Origin: Amphiscolops sp. MND2022
Taxonomy: Eukaryota
DNA: 64,000 nt
Reading direction: 5' to 3'
Assembly: GCA_964187785.1 (NCBI GenBank)
Contig: OZ076409.1
Span: 44,890,001-44,954,000 of the forward strand
Part shown: positions 25,223 through 38,498 of the stretch, in pieces
Layout: the number at the start of each line of letters is the position of its first letter
Position numbering within the stretch: position 1 is the first letter of the stretch
The notes under the pieces: model-generated
What the model was told of the DNA's origin: nothing
The model's database searches: none
The model's input: only the letters and a program-made list of their open reading frames with translations
Program-made: the position numbers and the translations under genes

Positions 25223-28200
25223 GGGGCACGAGTTTTGCGAGATGCCCAAATGGTGACGTTTTCTTTGGGGCACGAGCTTTGCGAGATGCTCATATGGTGA
25301 CGTTTTTTTTTCGCAGATTTCGTGACATGTGCCAATTTTTCAAACTTGTGAGCCAAATTTCGCAAAACACAGAACAGATACGGACACCATGTTTTCGCTA
25401 AAAAATGCGCAGGATCATAGGCTACATTTTTGTCGAGAAAAGTTTTCGAAAAAATTTCGGCTTCATGGGTTTTTTCCAAAAGAATTTTTGAAAAAAACGC
25501 TATTTTTGACTGTTTTTCATCTTTGATCCCCTATATCTCAGAACTGAGACCGAATACAGGGAACATGTTTTCGTGAACTGTACAAGCGTTTTGTAGGCTA
25601 CATTTTGGTCGAAAAATGACGTCAAAGTTTTGTTTCATACTTGGTGTTTTTTCGGACAAAAAAGGACAAAAAAATCGAAAAACTTTTTCTCATTGGTAGC
25701 TCGTATTTCTCAAAACTGATGAAAGATACAGAAACCGTTCTCCTTCGAGGAGAACAGCATTGATATAGGCTAATTTTTGGACCAACAAAGTTATCGTCAT
25801 CAAGTATGACGCCTTCGTTTTTTTGCCAAAAAACTTCAATTTTTTTTAAATTCTTGGTTCTTTTTTACTTGAGCTCGTATATCCCATGACGGAGACCAAA
25901 CATGAGATTCATGGTTTCGTTAATTTTACGAAGCCTATGTAGGCTACGTTTTAGGTTAAAAACGTTGTCGAAGTTTTTTCCGCTCTGGTTTTTTTAGCAA
26001 ATAGAGTAATGAAAATATATTTCTGAATTTTTTCCACTTTTTTCTAACTTGTAGCTAATTTTTCTCAGAACTGAAAATAGATACGAAAACTATTCTTCCT
26101 CACCAAGTGAGGCAAGTATGTAGGATATTTTTTGTACTATCAAAAATTCCGTCATGAAGTATGACGCCTTGGCGTTTCTGCCAAAAATACATTTTTTCAT
26201 TTTTCTCAAAAAAATTTTCCTTCTTTTTAGTTCTTTCATCAAAATATCCTCATCTGAGACTGGATAAGTTCACAAGGTTGTGGGCCCTGGAACACAAAAA
26301 ATTTGTAACACCTTCTGCAGACCATTGAACGATTCTGCTCGTGCCCAAGCGCGACATGCCGTCGCGCTTGATTTTTTTCGCAGATTTCGTGACGTGCCAA
26401 TTTTTCAAACTTGTGAGGCAAATTTCTCAAAACCCAGAACCGATACGGACACCATGTTTTCGGTAATAGTTGCGCAGGATCCTAGGGTTCAATTTCGCTG
26501 AAAAAAATTTTCGAAAAAACTCGGCTTCATGGGTTTTTTCCAAAAGAATTTTTGAAAAAAACGCTATTTTTGACTGTTTTTCATCTTTGACCCCCTATAT
26601 CTCAGAACTGAGACCGAATACAGGGAACATGTTTTCGTAAACTGTACACGCGTTTTGTAGGCTACATTTTGGTCGAAAAATGACGTCAAAGTTTTTTTTC
26701 ATACTTGGTGTTTTTGGACAAAAAAGGACAAAAAAAATCGAAGAAATTTTTCTCATTGGTAGCTCATATTTCTCAAAACTGATGAAAGATACAGAAACCG
26801 TTCTCCTTCGAGGAGAACAGCATTGAAATAGGCTAATTTTTGGACCAACAAAGTTATCGTCATCAAGTATGACGCCTTCGTTTTTCTGCCAAAAAACTTC
26901 AATTTTTTTTTAAATTCTTGGTTCTTTTTTACTTGAGCTCGTATATCCCATGACGGAGACCAAACATGAGATTCATGGTTTCGTTAATTTTACGAAGCTT
27001 ATGTAGGCTACGTTTTAGGTTGAGAACGATGTCGAAATTTTTTCCGCTCTGGATTTTTTTAGCAAATAGAGTAATGAAAATATATTTCTGATTTTTTTCC
27101 AATTTTTTCTAATTTGTAGCTAATTTTTCTCAGAACTGAAAATAGATACGAAAACTATTCTTCCTCACCAAGTGAGGCAAGTATTTAGGATATTTTTTGT
27201 ACTATCAAAAATTCCGTCATGAAGTATGACGCCTTGGCGTTTCTGCCAAAAATACATTTTTTCTATTTTCTCAAAAAAATTTTCCTTCTTTTTAGTTCTT
27301 TCATCAAAATATCCTCATCTGAGACTGGATAAGTTCACAAGGTTGTGGGCCCTGGAACACAAAAAATTTGTAACACCTTCTGCAGACCATTGAACGATTC
27401 TGCTCGTGCCCAAGCGCGACATGCCGTCGCGCTTGATTTTTTTCGCAGATTTCGTGACGTGCCAATTTTTCAAACTTGTGAGGCAAATTTCTCAAAACCC
27501 AGAACCGATACGGACACCATGTTTTCGGTAATAGTTGCGCAGGATCCTAGGGTTCAATTTCGCTGAAAAAAATTTTCGAAAAAACTCGGCTTCATGGGTT
27601 TTTTCCAAAAGAATTTTTGAAAAAAACGCTATTTTTGACTGTTTTTCATCTTTGACCCCCTATATCTCAGAACTGAGACCGAATACAGGGAACATGTTTT
27701 CGTAAACTGTACACGCGTTTTGTAGGCTACATTTTGGTCGAAAAATGACGTCAAAGTTTTTTTTCATACTTGGTGTTTTTGGACAAAAAAGGACAAAAAA
27801 AATCGAAGAAATTTTTCTCATTGGTAGCTCATATTTCTCAAAACTGATGAAAGATACAGAAACCGTTCTCCTTCGAGGAGAACAGCATTGATATAGGCTA
27901 ATTTTTGGACCAACAAAGTTATCGTCATCAAGTATGACGCCTTCGTTTTTCTGCCAAAAAACTTCAATTTTTTTTTAAATTCTTGGTTCTTTTTTACTTG
28001 AGCTCGTATATCCCATGACGGAGACCAAACATGAGATTCATGGTTTCGTTAATTTTACGAAGCTTATGTAGGCTACGTTTTAGGTTAAGAACGATGTCGA
28101 AATTTTTTCCGCTCTGGATTTTTTTAGCAAATAGAGTAATGAAAATATATTTCTGATTTTTTTCCAATTTTTTCTAATTTGTAGCTAATTTTTCTCAGAA

Positions 28201-31200
28201 CTGAAAATAGATACGAAAACTATTCTTCCTCACCAAGTGAGGCAAGTATTTAGGATATTTTTTGTACTATCAAAAATTCCGTCATGAAGTATGACGCCTT
28301 GGCGTTTCTGCCAAAAATACATTTTTTCTATTTTCTCAAAAAAATTTTCCTTCTTTTTAGTTCTTTCATCAAAATATCCTCATCTGAGACTGGATAAGTT
28401 CACAAGGTTGTGGGCCCTGGAACACAAAAAATTTGTAACACCTTCTGCAGACCATTGAACGATTCTGCTCGTGCCCAAGCGCGACATGCCGTCGCGCTTG
28501 ATTTTTTTCGCAGATTTCGTGACGTGCCAATTTTTCAAACTTGTGAGGCAAATTTCTCAAAACCCAGAACCGATACGGACACCATGTTTTCGGTAATAGT
28601 TGCGCAGGATCCTAGGGTTCAATTTCGCTGAAAAAAATTTTCGAAAAAACTCGGCTTCATGGGTTTTTTCCAAAAGAATTTTTGAAAAAAACGCTATTTT
28701 TGACTGTTTTTCATCTTTGACCCCCTATATCTCAGAACTGAGACCGAATACAGGGAACATGTTTTCGTAAACTGTACACGCGTTTTGTAGGCTACATTTT
28801 GGTCGAAAAATGACGTCAAAGTTTTTTTTCATACTTGGTGTTTTTGGACAAAAAAGGACAAAAAAAATCGAAGAAATTTTTCTCATTGGTAGCTCATATT
28901 TCTCAAAACTGATGAAAGATACAGAAACCGTTCTCCTTCGAGGAGAACAGCATTGAAATAGGCTAATTTTTGGACCAACAAAGTTATCGTCATCAAGTAT
29001 GACGCCTTCGTTTTTCTGCCAAAAAACTTCAATTTTTTTTTAAATTCTTGGTTCTTTTTTACTTGAGCTCGTATATCCCATGACGGAGACCAAACATGAG
29101 ATTCATGGTTTCGTTAATTTTACGAAGCTTATGTAGGCTACGTTTTAGGTTAAGAACGATGTCGAAATTTTTTCCGCTCTGGATTTTTTTAGCAAATAGA
29201 GTAATGAAAATATATTTCTGATTTTTTTCCAATTTTTTCTAATTTGTAGCTAATTTTTCTCAGAACTGAAAATAGATACGAAAACTATTCTTCCTCACCA
29301 AGTGAGGCAAGTATTTAGGATATTTTTTGTACTATCAAAAATTCCGTCATGAAGTATGACGCCTTGGCGTTTCTGCCAAAAATACATTTTTTCTATTTTC
29401 TCAAAAAAATTTTCCTTCTTTTTAGTTCTTTCATCAAAATATCCTCATCTGAGACTGGATAAGTTCACAAGGTTGTGGGCCCTGGAACACAAAAAATTTG
29501 TAACACCTTCTGCAGACCATTGAACGATTCTGCTCGTGCCCAAGCGCGACATGCCGTCGCGCTTGATTTTTTTCGCAGATTTCGTGACGTGCCAATTTTT
29601 CAAACTTGTGAGGCAAATTTCTCAAAACCCAGAACCGATACGGACACCATGTTTTCGGTAATAGTTGCGCAGGATCCTAGGGTTCAATTTCGCTGAAAAA
29701 AATTTTCGAAAAAACTCGGCTTCATGGGTTTTTTCCAAAAGAATTTTTGAAAAAAACGCTATTTTTGACTGTTTTCCATCTTTGACCCCCTATATCTCAG
29801 AACTGAGACCGAATACAGGGAACATGTTTTCGTAAACTGTACACGCGTTTTGTAGGCTACATTTTGGTCGAAAAATGACGTCAAAGTTTTTTTTCATACT
29901 TGGTGTTTTTGGACAAAAAAGGACAAAAAAAATCGAAGAAATTTTTCTCATTGGTAGCTCATATTTCTCAAAACTGATGAAAGATACAGAAACCGTTCTC
30001 CTTCGAGGAGAACAGCATTGATATAGGCTAATTTTTGGACCAACAAAGTTATCGTCATCAAGTATGACGCCTTCGTTTTTCTGCCAAAAAACTTCAATTT
30101 TTTTTTTAATTCTTGGTTCTTCAAGTAATTTTTACTTGAGCTCGTATATCCCATGACGGAGACCAAACATGAGATTCATGGTTTCGTTAATTTTACGAAG
30201 CTTATGTAGGCTACGTTTTAGGTTAAGAACGATGTCGAAATTTTTTCCGCTCTGGATTTTTTTAGCAAATAGAGTAATAAAATATATTTCTGATTTTTTT
30301 CCAATTTTTTCTAATTTGTAGCTAATTTTTCTCAGAACTGAAAATAGATACGAAAACTATTCTTCCTCACCAAGTGAGGCAAGTATTTAGGATATTTTTT
30401 GTACTATCAAAAATTCCGTCATGAAGTATGACGCCTTGGCGTTTCTGCCAAAAATACATTTTTTCTATTTTCTCAAAAAAATTTTCCTTCTTTTTAGTTC
30501 TTTCATCAAAATATCCTCATCTGAGACTGGATAAGTTCACAAGGTTGTGGGCCCTGGAACACAAAAAATTTGTAACACCTTTCGCAGACCATTGAACGTT
30601 TCCGCTCGTGCCCAAGCGCGACATGCCGTCGCGCTTGATTTTTTTCGCAGATTTCGTGACATGTGATAATTTTTCAAACTTGTGAGGCAAATTTCTCAAA
30701 ACCCAGAACCGATACGGACACCATATTTTCGGTAATAGTTGCGCAGGATCCTAGGGTTCACTTTCGCTGAAAAAAGTTTTCGAAAAAAATCGGCTTCATG
30801 GGTTTTTTTAAAAGAACTTTTGAAAAAACGCTATTTTCAACTATTTTTCATCTTTGATCCCCTATATCTCAGAACTGAGACCGAATACAGGGTCCTTGGT
30901 TTCGTAATTTGTTCAAGCGTTTCAAAGGCTACATTATGGTTTAAAAATGACGTCAAAAGTTTTTTCATACTTGGTGTTTTTGGGCAAAAATAGGACAAAA
31001 ATTTTTCGAAAATTTTTTTCTCATTCGTAGCTCATATTTCTCAAAACTGATAAAAGATACAGAAACCGTTTTCTTTCGAGAAGAGCAGCATAGATATAGG
31101 CTACTTTTTTGACCAACAAAGTTATATTCATCAAGTATGAAGCCTTCGTTTTTCTGCCAAAAAAAATTCTTGGTTCTTTTTTACTTGAGCTCGTATATCT

Positions 31201-31680
31201 CATGACCGAGACCAAATATGGGGTTCATGGTTGCGGTAACTTTACGAGGCTTATGTAGGCTACGTTTTAGGCTGAGAGTGATGTCGGATTTTTTTTCGCT
31301 TTGGAATTTTGTATGCAAATAAAGTAATGAAAAACGTTTTTCTGAATTGCTTCCATTTTTTCCAATTCGTAGCTGATGTTTCTCAGAACTGAAAATAGGT
31401 ACGAAAACCATTTTCCCTCACAAAGTGAGGCAAGTATGTAGGCTACTTTTTGTACTATCAAAGTTTCCGTCATGAAGTATGACGCCTTCGGGTTTCTGCC
31501 AAAAAAACAATTTTTCATTTTCCTTCTATCTTTTTGGTTCTTTCATCAAAATATCCTCATCTGAGACTGGATAAAGTCACAAGGTTGTGGGCCCTGGAAC
31601 ACAAAGAGTTTGTAACACCTTCTGCAGAACATAAAACGTTTCTGCTCGTGCCCAAGCGGGACATGCTGTCGCGCCTATGT
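25223..31680 (+). repeat. Six-unit 1065-bp tandem array derived from a HINE-like element (family C), inserted in Gypsy RT
   Basis: Period 1065 (ORFs 26239/27304/28369/29434). Two 5' ends GGGCACGAG (at ~25223 and ~25267). Six 3' ends CTCGTGCCC plus stem-loop GCGCGAC-ATGCC-GTCGCGC. Flanks rejoin to Gypsy FDIGQ/NTNFKVK without TSD. Confidence 0.92.
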
Positions 31681-34600
31681 TGTCCTATGTCGAACCCATG
31701 CCTAGCAAAAAAGTTGTTGTTTTTGACTAGTAGTTCTTCAACTTGTCGTTCCTGTGCTGTATTGAGAAGAGAATTGTCCCAGTTGAAATTTTTCAAAAAT
31801 CTCATCCTTTCTTCATCCGGTTTTGGGCCTCTAGATTCTCTTATTCTCGCAGAGCAAGGATTTCATCGAAAATTCGACGTTCAATTTTGTTCCATTTGTG
31901 TGCGTCACTGCTTGTTCCAGGTGTTGGGTACCACTTTGTGAGTTTTGTTTCCGGATTAACAAAAAGTTGGTTAATCACTGTTTCTGCTTCTTCAGGAAAT
32001 TTAGAAAGTAACTTGAGGTGTTCTGGTGGCATTGGTGTTAAGTTAGCTGCCTGGTGAGGAGTTGCAATAGGAAAACACTGCTGTTTTTGTTGGCTTCTAG
32101 TGTGAAAGTATGCTTATTCCGATTAGTAACTTGAATCATCGTTTTTCAATCCGTTATGTCAACTATTACTGGTGAGACGAGAAGGTAGGTTTTGCGCATA
32201 AGTACAGGGGTACGTTCGTTCGACTGTACCTGTTGTTTGCGTTATATCGGAGTTACAGCAAACTGGTAACATCATTTGATGGTGTGGCGCAATGACAGTT
32301 TTTTGACGTGAGTACAGATCGATAAGGCCAGTTTTGAATTTTTTGCTGTTGTCGCACTTGTATTGACATCATGTGGTTTGGAATGTGGACTACGTGGTTT
32401 GGAATGTCACGATTTACGGAATACTTTTCAAAAAACTAATTGCCTATTAGAATGGTACCTATTGTCGGACGTACTCGGAACGTTTCTTCAAACACTTTTC
32501 CTGATCTGTAGAAGCGAGCTCAACTTGTTTTCTAATCAGTTCGAGGTTACCGTTCGTGATTAGAACCCTGAAATTTGACGGGAGGTGTTCTATCAAAGGC
32601 GCTTCGGGGAAGGCGTGCAAAAGTTTGCTTAGTTCCACTTCTGAAAGGGCGCTTTCAATAGGACCGGTTTCTAGTAGACCTTGGTTTTCGTACTTATCAA
32701 ATTGCAACGAAACGTACATCTGACGTTTTTTGTTTAAACGTAAAGTAAGAGGGAGTTCATCGCTAAAAATTTTAAAGTTTTGGAGAAGGACTGGTTTAGG
32801 ATTTTCCTGAGCTGATTCATGGAGTCGGTTGTTGTCTGAGAAGTCATCGGAAGGATGCCGTGTTGAGTCGTTTTTCAACTTATTTCCAGCGTACTTGCTC
32901 GCGTCGAAGCGTCTGTGTGGAAATTCATCGCATTTCCATCGTTGTCGTCTGACAATGGTTGGGAACCATTTGTCGTCATCGCTGTCCTCTTGGTAATTGT
33001 GATGTCATCGCATCTGGTCGGGAGGAGTGATGATTTGTTTAGTCGGTCAGGTCCCTTCGAAGGCTGCCTTGTCTTCGTTGGGTTTTAGGGAGAAACGTGA
33101 TAGAGTTGTGTTTGCAGTCGTTTGTGTGCGCATTTTTTTGTTTGCGGGTTGAGATCGTGGCCTTATTGAAAAACTTGCTCATCGTCTGAGTGATTTTCGT
33201 CCTCCCTTTCGGCGGAGCATTCCATTTGGCTAAGTGGTCCTTGCTGTTTTTAAACACCCTTTTTTGATGTCGTCTCTGTTTTCCGCATTTTTTTCCTTCG
33301 CCGAATGGAGGGCTGGTTGATTTGGGGGTTCTTTGATAGCATTCCCGGGCCAACCGGTCAGTGTAACGGCAGATTTGGCACACGTGTTTTCGCTTCTATT
33401 TTGGTTTCTCTTCAGGGCGTTTTTAAGGTTCAACATCGTCTTCCTTCACTGTCTTGCTATGTTCTACGCGTAGTCGTGAGCGGCACTTCTGTTTGCGCAG
33501 TCCAGTTTTGCCGCAATAGAAACATTGGCCCTCGAATTTCGTCTTCTTCGTGTTTCGTGGTCATTGTTGTTTCCTGGTTAATCCTTGTCAACCGCCAGTT
33601 GATGCTTGCTTGAATGGCTGTGCTCTGATTGTTGGTTGGAGAAGGTGCTAAAATTGAAATTTTCTCATCAGGTGAGCTTTGATCTCCTCCGGTGAGCAGG
33701 CCTCTTTGTTTGCCATGGTCAATACTTGTTGTGTCTCTACCGGTAATTTTGCCGAACAAGAATGTTTTGATGTATGTTACCGCGTTTGTTTGCGGTTTTC
33801 TGGAAATTTTTTTACGAATTCTCCGAAGTGCCTCGTTGGTTGGGTCGTATTTTGCCTTGTTCCATTAATTCCTCGCTATTGAATAAGTCCTCTCTGGCGA
33901 ATTCCTTCCGGAATTACGCAAGGACTTCCGTCAGCGTTGTCGGTTAATTTTCGAGATGGTCCATATTCGATGGCTTCTTCTCTCAGTAAGCTCTGTATGA
34001 AAGAAATCTTGTTTTCCGTGATCGTGTTGACGAATGGTCGGAAATGGTTGAGTAGGAGGTGTTCAAAATCATTGAAATTATCTTTGAGACCACAGAAAAT
34101 CGGCACATGCGTTTGTAGAAGTTGTGTGTTGGTGGAATAGTTTGAATTTGACGTGGTAGATCATGTATCGCATTGAGCGGTTGATCTGTATCCAAATTTC
34201 CGGAGGGTGTTCGTAGCGGGTATTCGAATTCATGGTCAGAGTCGCTCCGGATTCGGGGAGTAATAGGAGCCGTACGTCTTGTTTAGTTGTCTCCTGTCAC
34301 CTTGTCGACACGCTTCTGGGTACGTGAGCCAGAGGCTCGAGGAGCGGTCTCTTCCTCTGATCGAGAGATAAATTGTTGAGTTAAGGTCGCCAGTAAGGTT
34401 TTAATCTCGGTCGTGTCATTTTGTGACTTAACGATTTGATGATTAACTTCTGCTTGGGAAGACGAGTTTCTTTCGTCAAGATGTGTTTCAGGTAAATTTG
34501 AGTCAGTATCTTCGTTTGCTCTATTGATCCAGTCAGAATTCATGTTTAGTTGGCTTTTCGATGAATTTTGTATGAAGGATGACTTAAGAATGACTTTTCC

Positions 34601-34815
34601 ACTTCGAAGTTTCCGAGGAGAAACTACGCTCATGTGATTCAGAAAAGAAGAGTTTTGTAGATTATAGGAGTTGAATCAGGTTTTGAGGTAGTAAGTAAGT
34701 GTTGAGTTTTGTAAGCAAACTACTGGTTAGTACGGAACAAAGCAAGTTAATGAGCACCTTCAGAGCTACTGGTGTCACGTCCAATTTCCAACCTTGTCAC
34801 CTAAACGTGACAAGA
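31681..34815 (-). pseudogene. 5' half of the same Gypsy element: leader, gag with two degenerate zinc knuckles, protease, pre-RT region
   Basis: MSVVSPRKLRSGK start, CFFCGK and CQICRY knuckles, LLETGPIESAL protease-like motif, FARHGFDIG. Many frameshifts. Confidence 0.85.
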
Positions 34816-37470
34816 CGCAATTATCGTACTTTTCTCATCATCGTTTGGCTGGTGTAATGAGGTCATAATTGTCGCCCGTTTTAACTCACCAACATCGAAA
34901 GTAAAAAATCGTACTATAATGGATTTGTATAATTGCTCCAAAAGCAGAGCTGCATATGAAGTAAAGGAGTCGGCTCAGTTCTTTTTCTACCTGACTCGCT
35001 CGAATTCCAGTCATAAGAATTTTTTGAAATTGCACACATCGAGCAATATTATGGTATAGAAACCACTGTTCGTTGGCCATTTTGCCGCTAATTTTGGCTA
35101 TGTTTCAACGTTTTGGCTACGGTTTTTGTTCAAACATAAAGTGAGAGGGAGTTCATCGCTAAGAATTTTAAAGTTTTGGAGAAAGACTGGTGTAGGATTT
35201 TCCTGAGCTGATTTATTGAGTTGGTTGTTGTCTGAGAAGTCATCGGGAGGATGCTGTGTTGAGTCGTTTTTCATCTGATTTCCAGCGTATTTGCTCGCGT
35301 CGAAGCGTCTGTGTGGAAATTCATCGCATTTTCATCGTTGTCGTCTGACAAGGGTTGGGAACGATTTGTCGTCATCACTGTTCTCTTGGTAATTGTGATT
35401 TCGTCGCATCTGGTCGGGAGGAGTGATGATTTGTTTAGTCGGTCAGGTCCCTTCGAAGGCTGCCTTGTCTTCGTTGGGTTTTAGGGAGAAATGTGATAGA
35501 GTTGTGTTTGCAGTCGTTTGTGTGCGCATTTTTTTGTTTGCGGGTTGAGATCGTGGCCTTATTGAAAAACTTGCTCATCGTCTGAGTGATTTTCGTCCTC
35601 CCTTTCGGCGGAGCATTCCATTTGGCTGAGTGGTCCTTGCTGTTTTTAAACACCCTTTTTTGATGTCGTCTCTGTTTTCCGCATTTTCTTTCTCCGCCGA
35701 ATGGAGGGCTGGTTGATTTGGGCGTTCTTTGGTAGCATTCCCGGGACTAATGCTCAGTGTAACGGCACTTTTGGCACACGAGTTTTTGCTTGTACTTTGG
35801 TTCCTCTTCAGGGCGTTTTTAAGGTTCAACAGCGTCTTCCTTCACTGTATTGCTATGTTCTACGCGTAGTCGTGAGTGGCACTTCTGTTTGCGCTGTCCA
35901 GTTTTGCCGCAAAAGAAGCATTGGCCCTCGAATTTCGTCTTCTCTGTGTTTCGTGGTCGTTGTTCTTTCCTGGTGAATTCTTGTCCACCGCCAGTTGATG
36001 CTTGCTTGAATGGCTGTGCTCTGATTGTTGGTTGGAGAAGGTGCTGATATTGAAATTTTCTCATCAGGTAAGCTTTGATCTCCTCCAGTGAGCAATTCTC
36101 TTTGTTTGCCATGGTCAATACTTGTTGTGTCTCTACCGGTAATTTTGCCGAACAAGAATGTTTTTATGTATGTTACCGCGTTTGTTTGCGGTTTTCTGGA
36201 AGTTTTTTAGGAATTCTCCAAGTGCCTCGTTGGTTGGGTCGTATTTTGCCTTGTTCCATTAATTCCTCGCTATTGAATAAGTCCTCTCTGGCGAATTCCT
36301 TCCGGAATAATTTTCGAGATGGTCCATATTCGATGGCTTCTTCTCTCAGTAAGCTCTGTATGAAAGAAATCTTGTTTTCCGTGATCGTGTTGACGAATGG
36401 TCGGAAATGGTTGAGTAGGAGGTGTTCAAAATCATTGAAATTATCTTTGAGACCACAGAAAGTCGGCATATACGTTTGTAGAAGTTGTTTGCTGGTGGAA
36501 TAGTTTGAATTTGACGTGGTAGATCATGTATCGCATTGAGCGGTTGATCTGTATCCAAAGTTCCGGAGGGTGTTCGTAGCGGGTATTCGAATTCATCGTC
36601 AGAGTCGCTCCGGATTTGGGGAGTAATAGGAGCCGTACGTCTTGTTCAGTTGTCTCCTGTAACCTTGTCGACACGCTTCTGGGTACGTGAGCCAGAGGCT
36701 CGAGGAGCGGTCTCTTCCTCTGATGGAGAGATAACTCGTTGAGTTAAGGTCGCCAGTAAGGTTTTAATCTCGGTCGTGTCAGTTTGTGACTTAACGATTT
36801 GATGATTAACTTCTGCTTGGGAAGACGAGCTTCTTTCGTCAAGATGTGTTTCAGGTAAATTTGAGTCAGTATCTACGTTTGCTCTATTGATCCAGTCAGA
36901 ATTCATGTTTAGTTGGCTTTTCGATGAATTTTGTATGAAGGATGACTTATGAATGACTTTTCCACTTCGAAGTTTCCGAGGAGAAACTACGCTCATGTGA
37001 TTCAGAAAAGAAGAGTTTTGTAGATTATAGGAGTTGAATCAGGTTTTGAGGTAGTAAGTAAGTGTTGAGTTTTGTAAGCAAACTACTGGTTAGTACGGAA
37101 CAAAGCAAGTTAATGATCACCTTCAGAGCTACTGGTGTCACGTCCAATTCCCAACCTTGTCACCTAAACGTGACAAGACGCAATTATCGTACTTTTCTTA
37201 TCATCGTTTGGCTGGTGTAATGAGGTCATAATTGTCGCCCGTTTTAACTCACCAACTTCAAAAGTAAAAAATCGTACTATATTGGATTTGTATAATTGAT
37301 CCAAAACCAGAGCTGCATATGCGGTAAAGGAGTCGGCTCAGTTGTTTTTCTACCTGACTCGCTCGAATCCCAGTCACAAGAATTTTTTGAAATTGCACAC
37401 ATCGAGCCAAATTATGGTATAGAAACGACTGTTCGTTGGCCATTTTGCCGCTAAATTTGGCTATGTTTCC
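32725..37470. repeat. Direct tandem duplication of ~2.4 kb (Gypsy gag, leader, flank and end of a HINE)
   Basis: ORF pairs 33457/35853 and 34283/36646. Junction at ~35110-35125. Confidence 0.93.
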
Positions 37471-37804
37471 CACATCCCAGCCATACGATTTTGATGCCAT
37501 TGTACAAATAGTACCCTTCTCTGGAGTTAAATGACTGTAGAAAATTTCGTTCCAACCGTATCGACAGTTATTGAGAAAATCGAAACAAGAAAAATATCTG
37601 TTTTTCGGGCTAATTTTGGCTATGTTTGTCACATCCAGTCATACGATTTTGATGTCTTTGCACACGCAAAGGCCACTTTGGTTGTAGAATGACTGTGCAA
37701 AACTTCATTAAATTGTATGGAATGTTTTTGAGAAATTTGACATTTTCGTTGGAAGGTCGGAAAAAAAGGTCACGATTGCATTAGTCGAAATTTTTTCAGA
37801 CTCC
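37303..37804 (-). mobile_element. HINE-like element, family B (partial copy ~34940-35110; another copy ~55292-57292)
   Basis: Palindromic end AGTCGAAATTTTTTC(A/C)GACTCC, opposite subTIR GGAGTCGG next to small hairpin CAGAGCTG, two diverged ~155-bp internal repeats. Confidence 0.6.
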
Positions 37805-38017
37805 CAAAATTTGAATGGGGACCATGTGAAGAAAATTTTCGAAGTCTCATTATGCCAAAAAACTAAAGGGTGGCCCTTTGTGATTTTTTAACAACCATTC
37901 TGTTGCAAAATACTTTTAAGTTTAAAGAGGGGGACCCTTTGGAGACATTAAGAAAATATCGAAAAAAAACGAAAAACTAGAATTTCGAACAGTCTCATAG
38001 CGCCGAAAACTTTACAC

Positions 38018-38148
38018 CCGAGGTTTCAAAACATTACAGCCGAACTTTGAAAACGTTATATCTGAACTTTGAAAACGTTAAATACGAACTTTGAAAACGT
38101 TAACTACGCAGTTTGAAAACGTTACATACGAATTTTGAAACGTTTTAT
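38018..38148. repeat. 22-bp minisatellite (~6 copies) inside a decayed family-A element
   Basis: GAACTTTGAAAACGTTA-N5 repeated. Confidence 0.85.
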
Positions 38149-38498
38149 GAAGTTGAACAAAAAAGTGAACCATTCGGAGTGAATTGAAAAAAACTAATAA
38201 TCGGGTAAATAAACCCCACTGTAATAGTCTGGTACTTTTCTTGTGCCCGAATTGTTAAGGTTATTCCCGAAAGGTTAAGGTTATATGCATTTTGCAAAGA
38301 CAAAAGCAAAGAAAATACTGTTTTAAAAGTACCATATTAGAACTCTGCATAGTTGCATGAACTAGTTCTCAGATCTGTAGATTTTTTTCGAAGGATCCAG
38401 ATACTTCTGTGTCAAACAGTTGTTTGAAGGCCGTCTAATTTTTTCTACAGGTGTACTAGCAGAATATACAAAAATACTGCCATGCAATTGCGCTTTTT

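Noticed and set aside
25300..31680. CRISPR-like or coding repeat array
   Set aside because: Whole units repeat without unique spacers, the context is eukaryotic, and the ORFs are short and motif-free.
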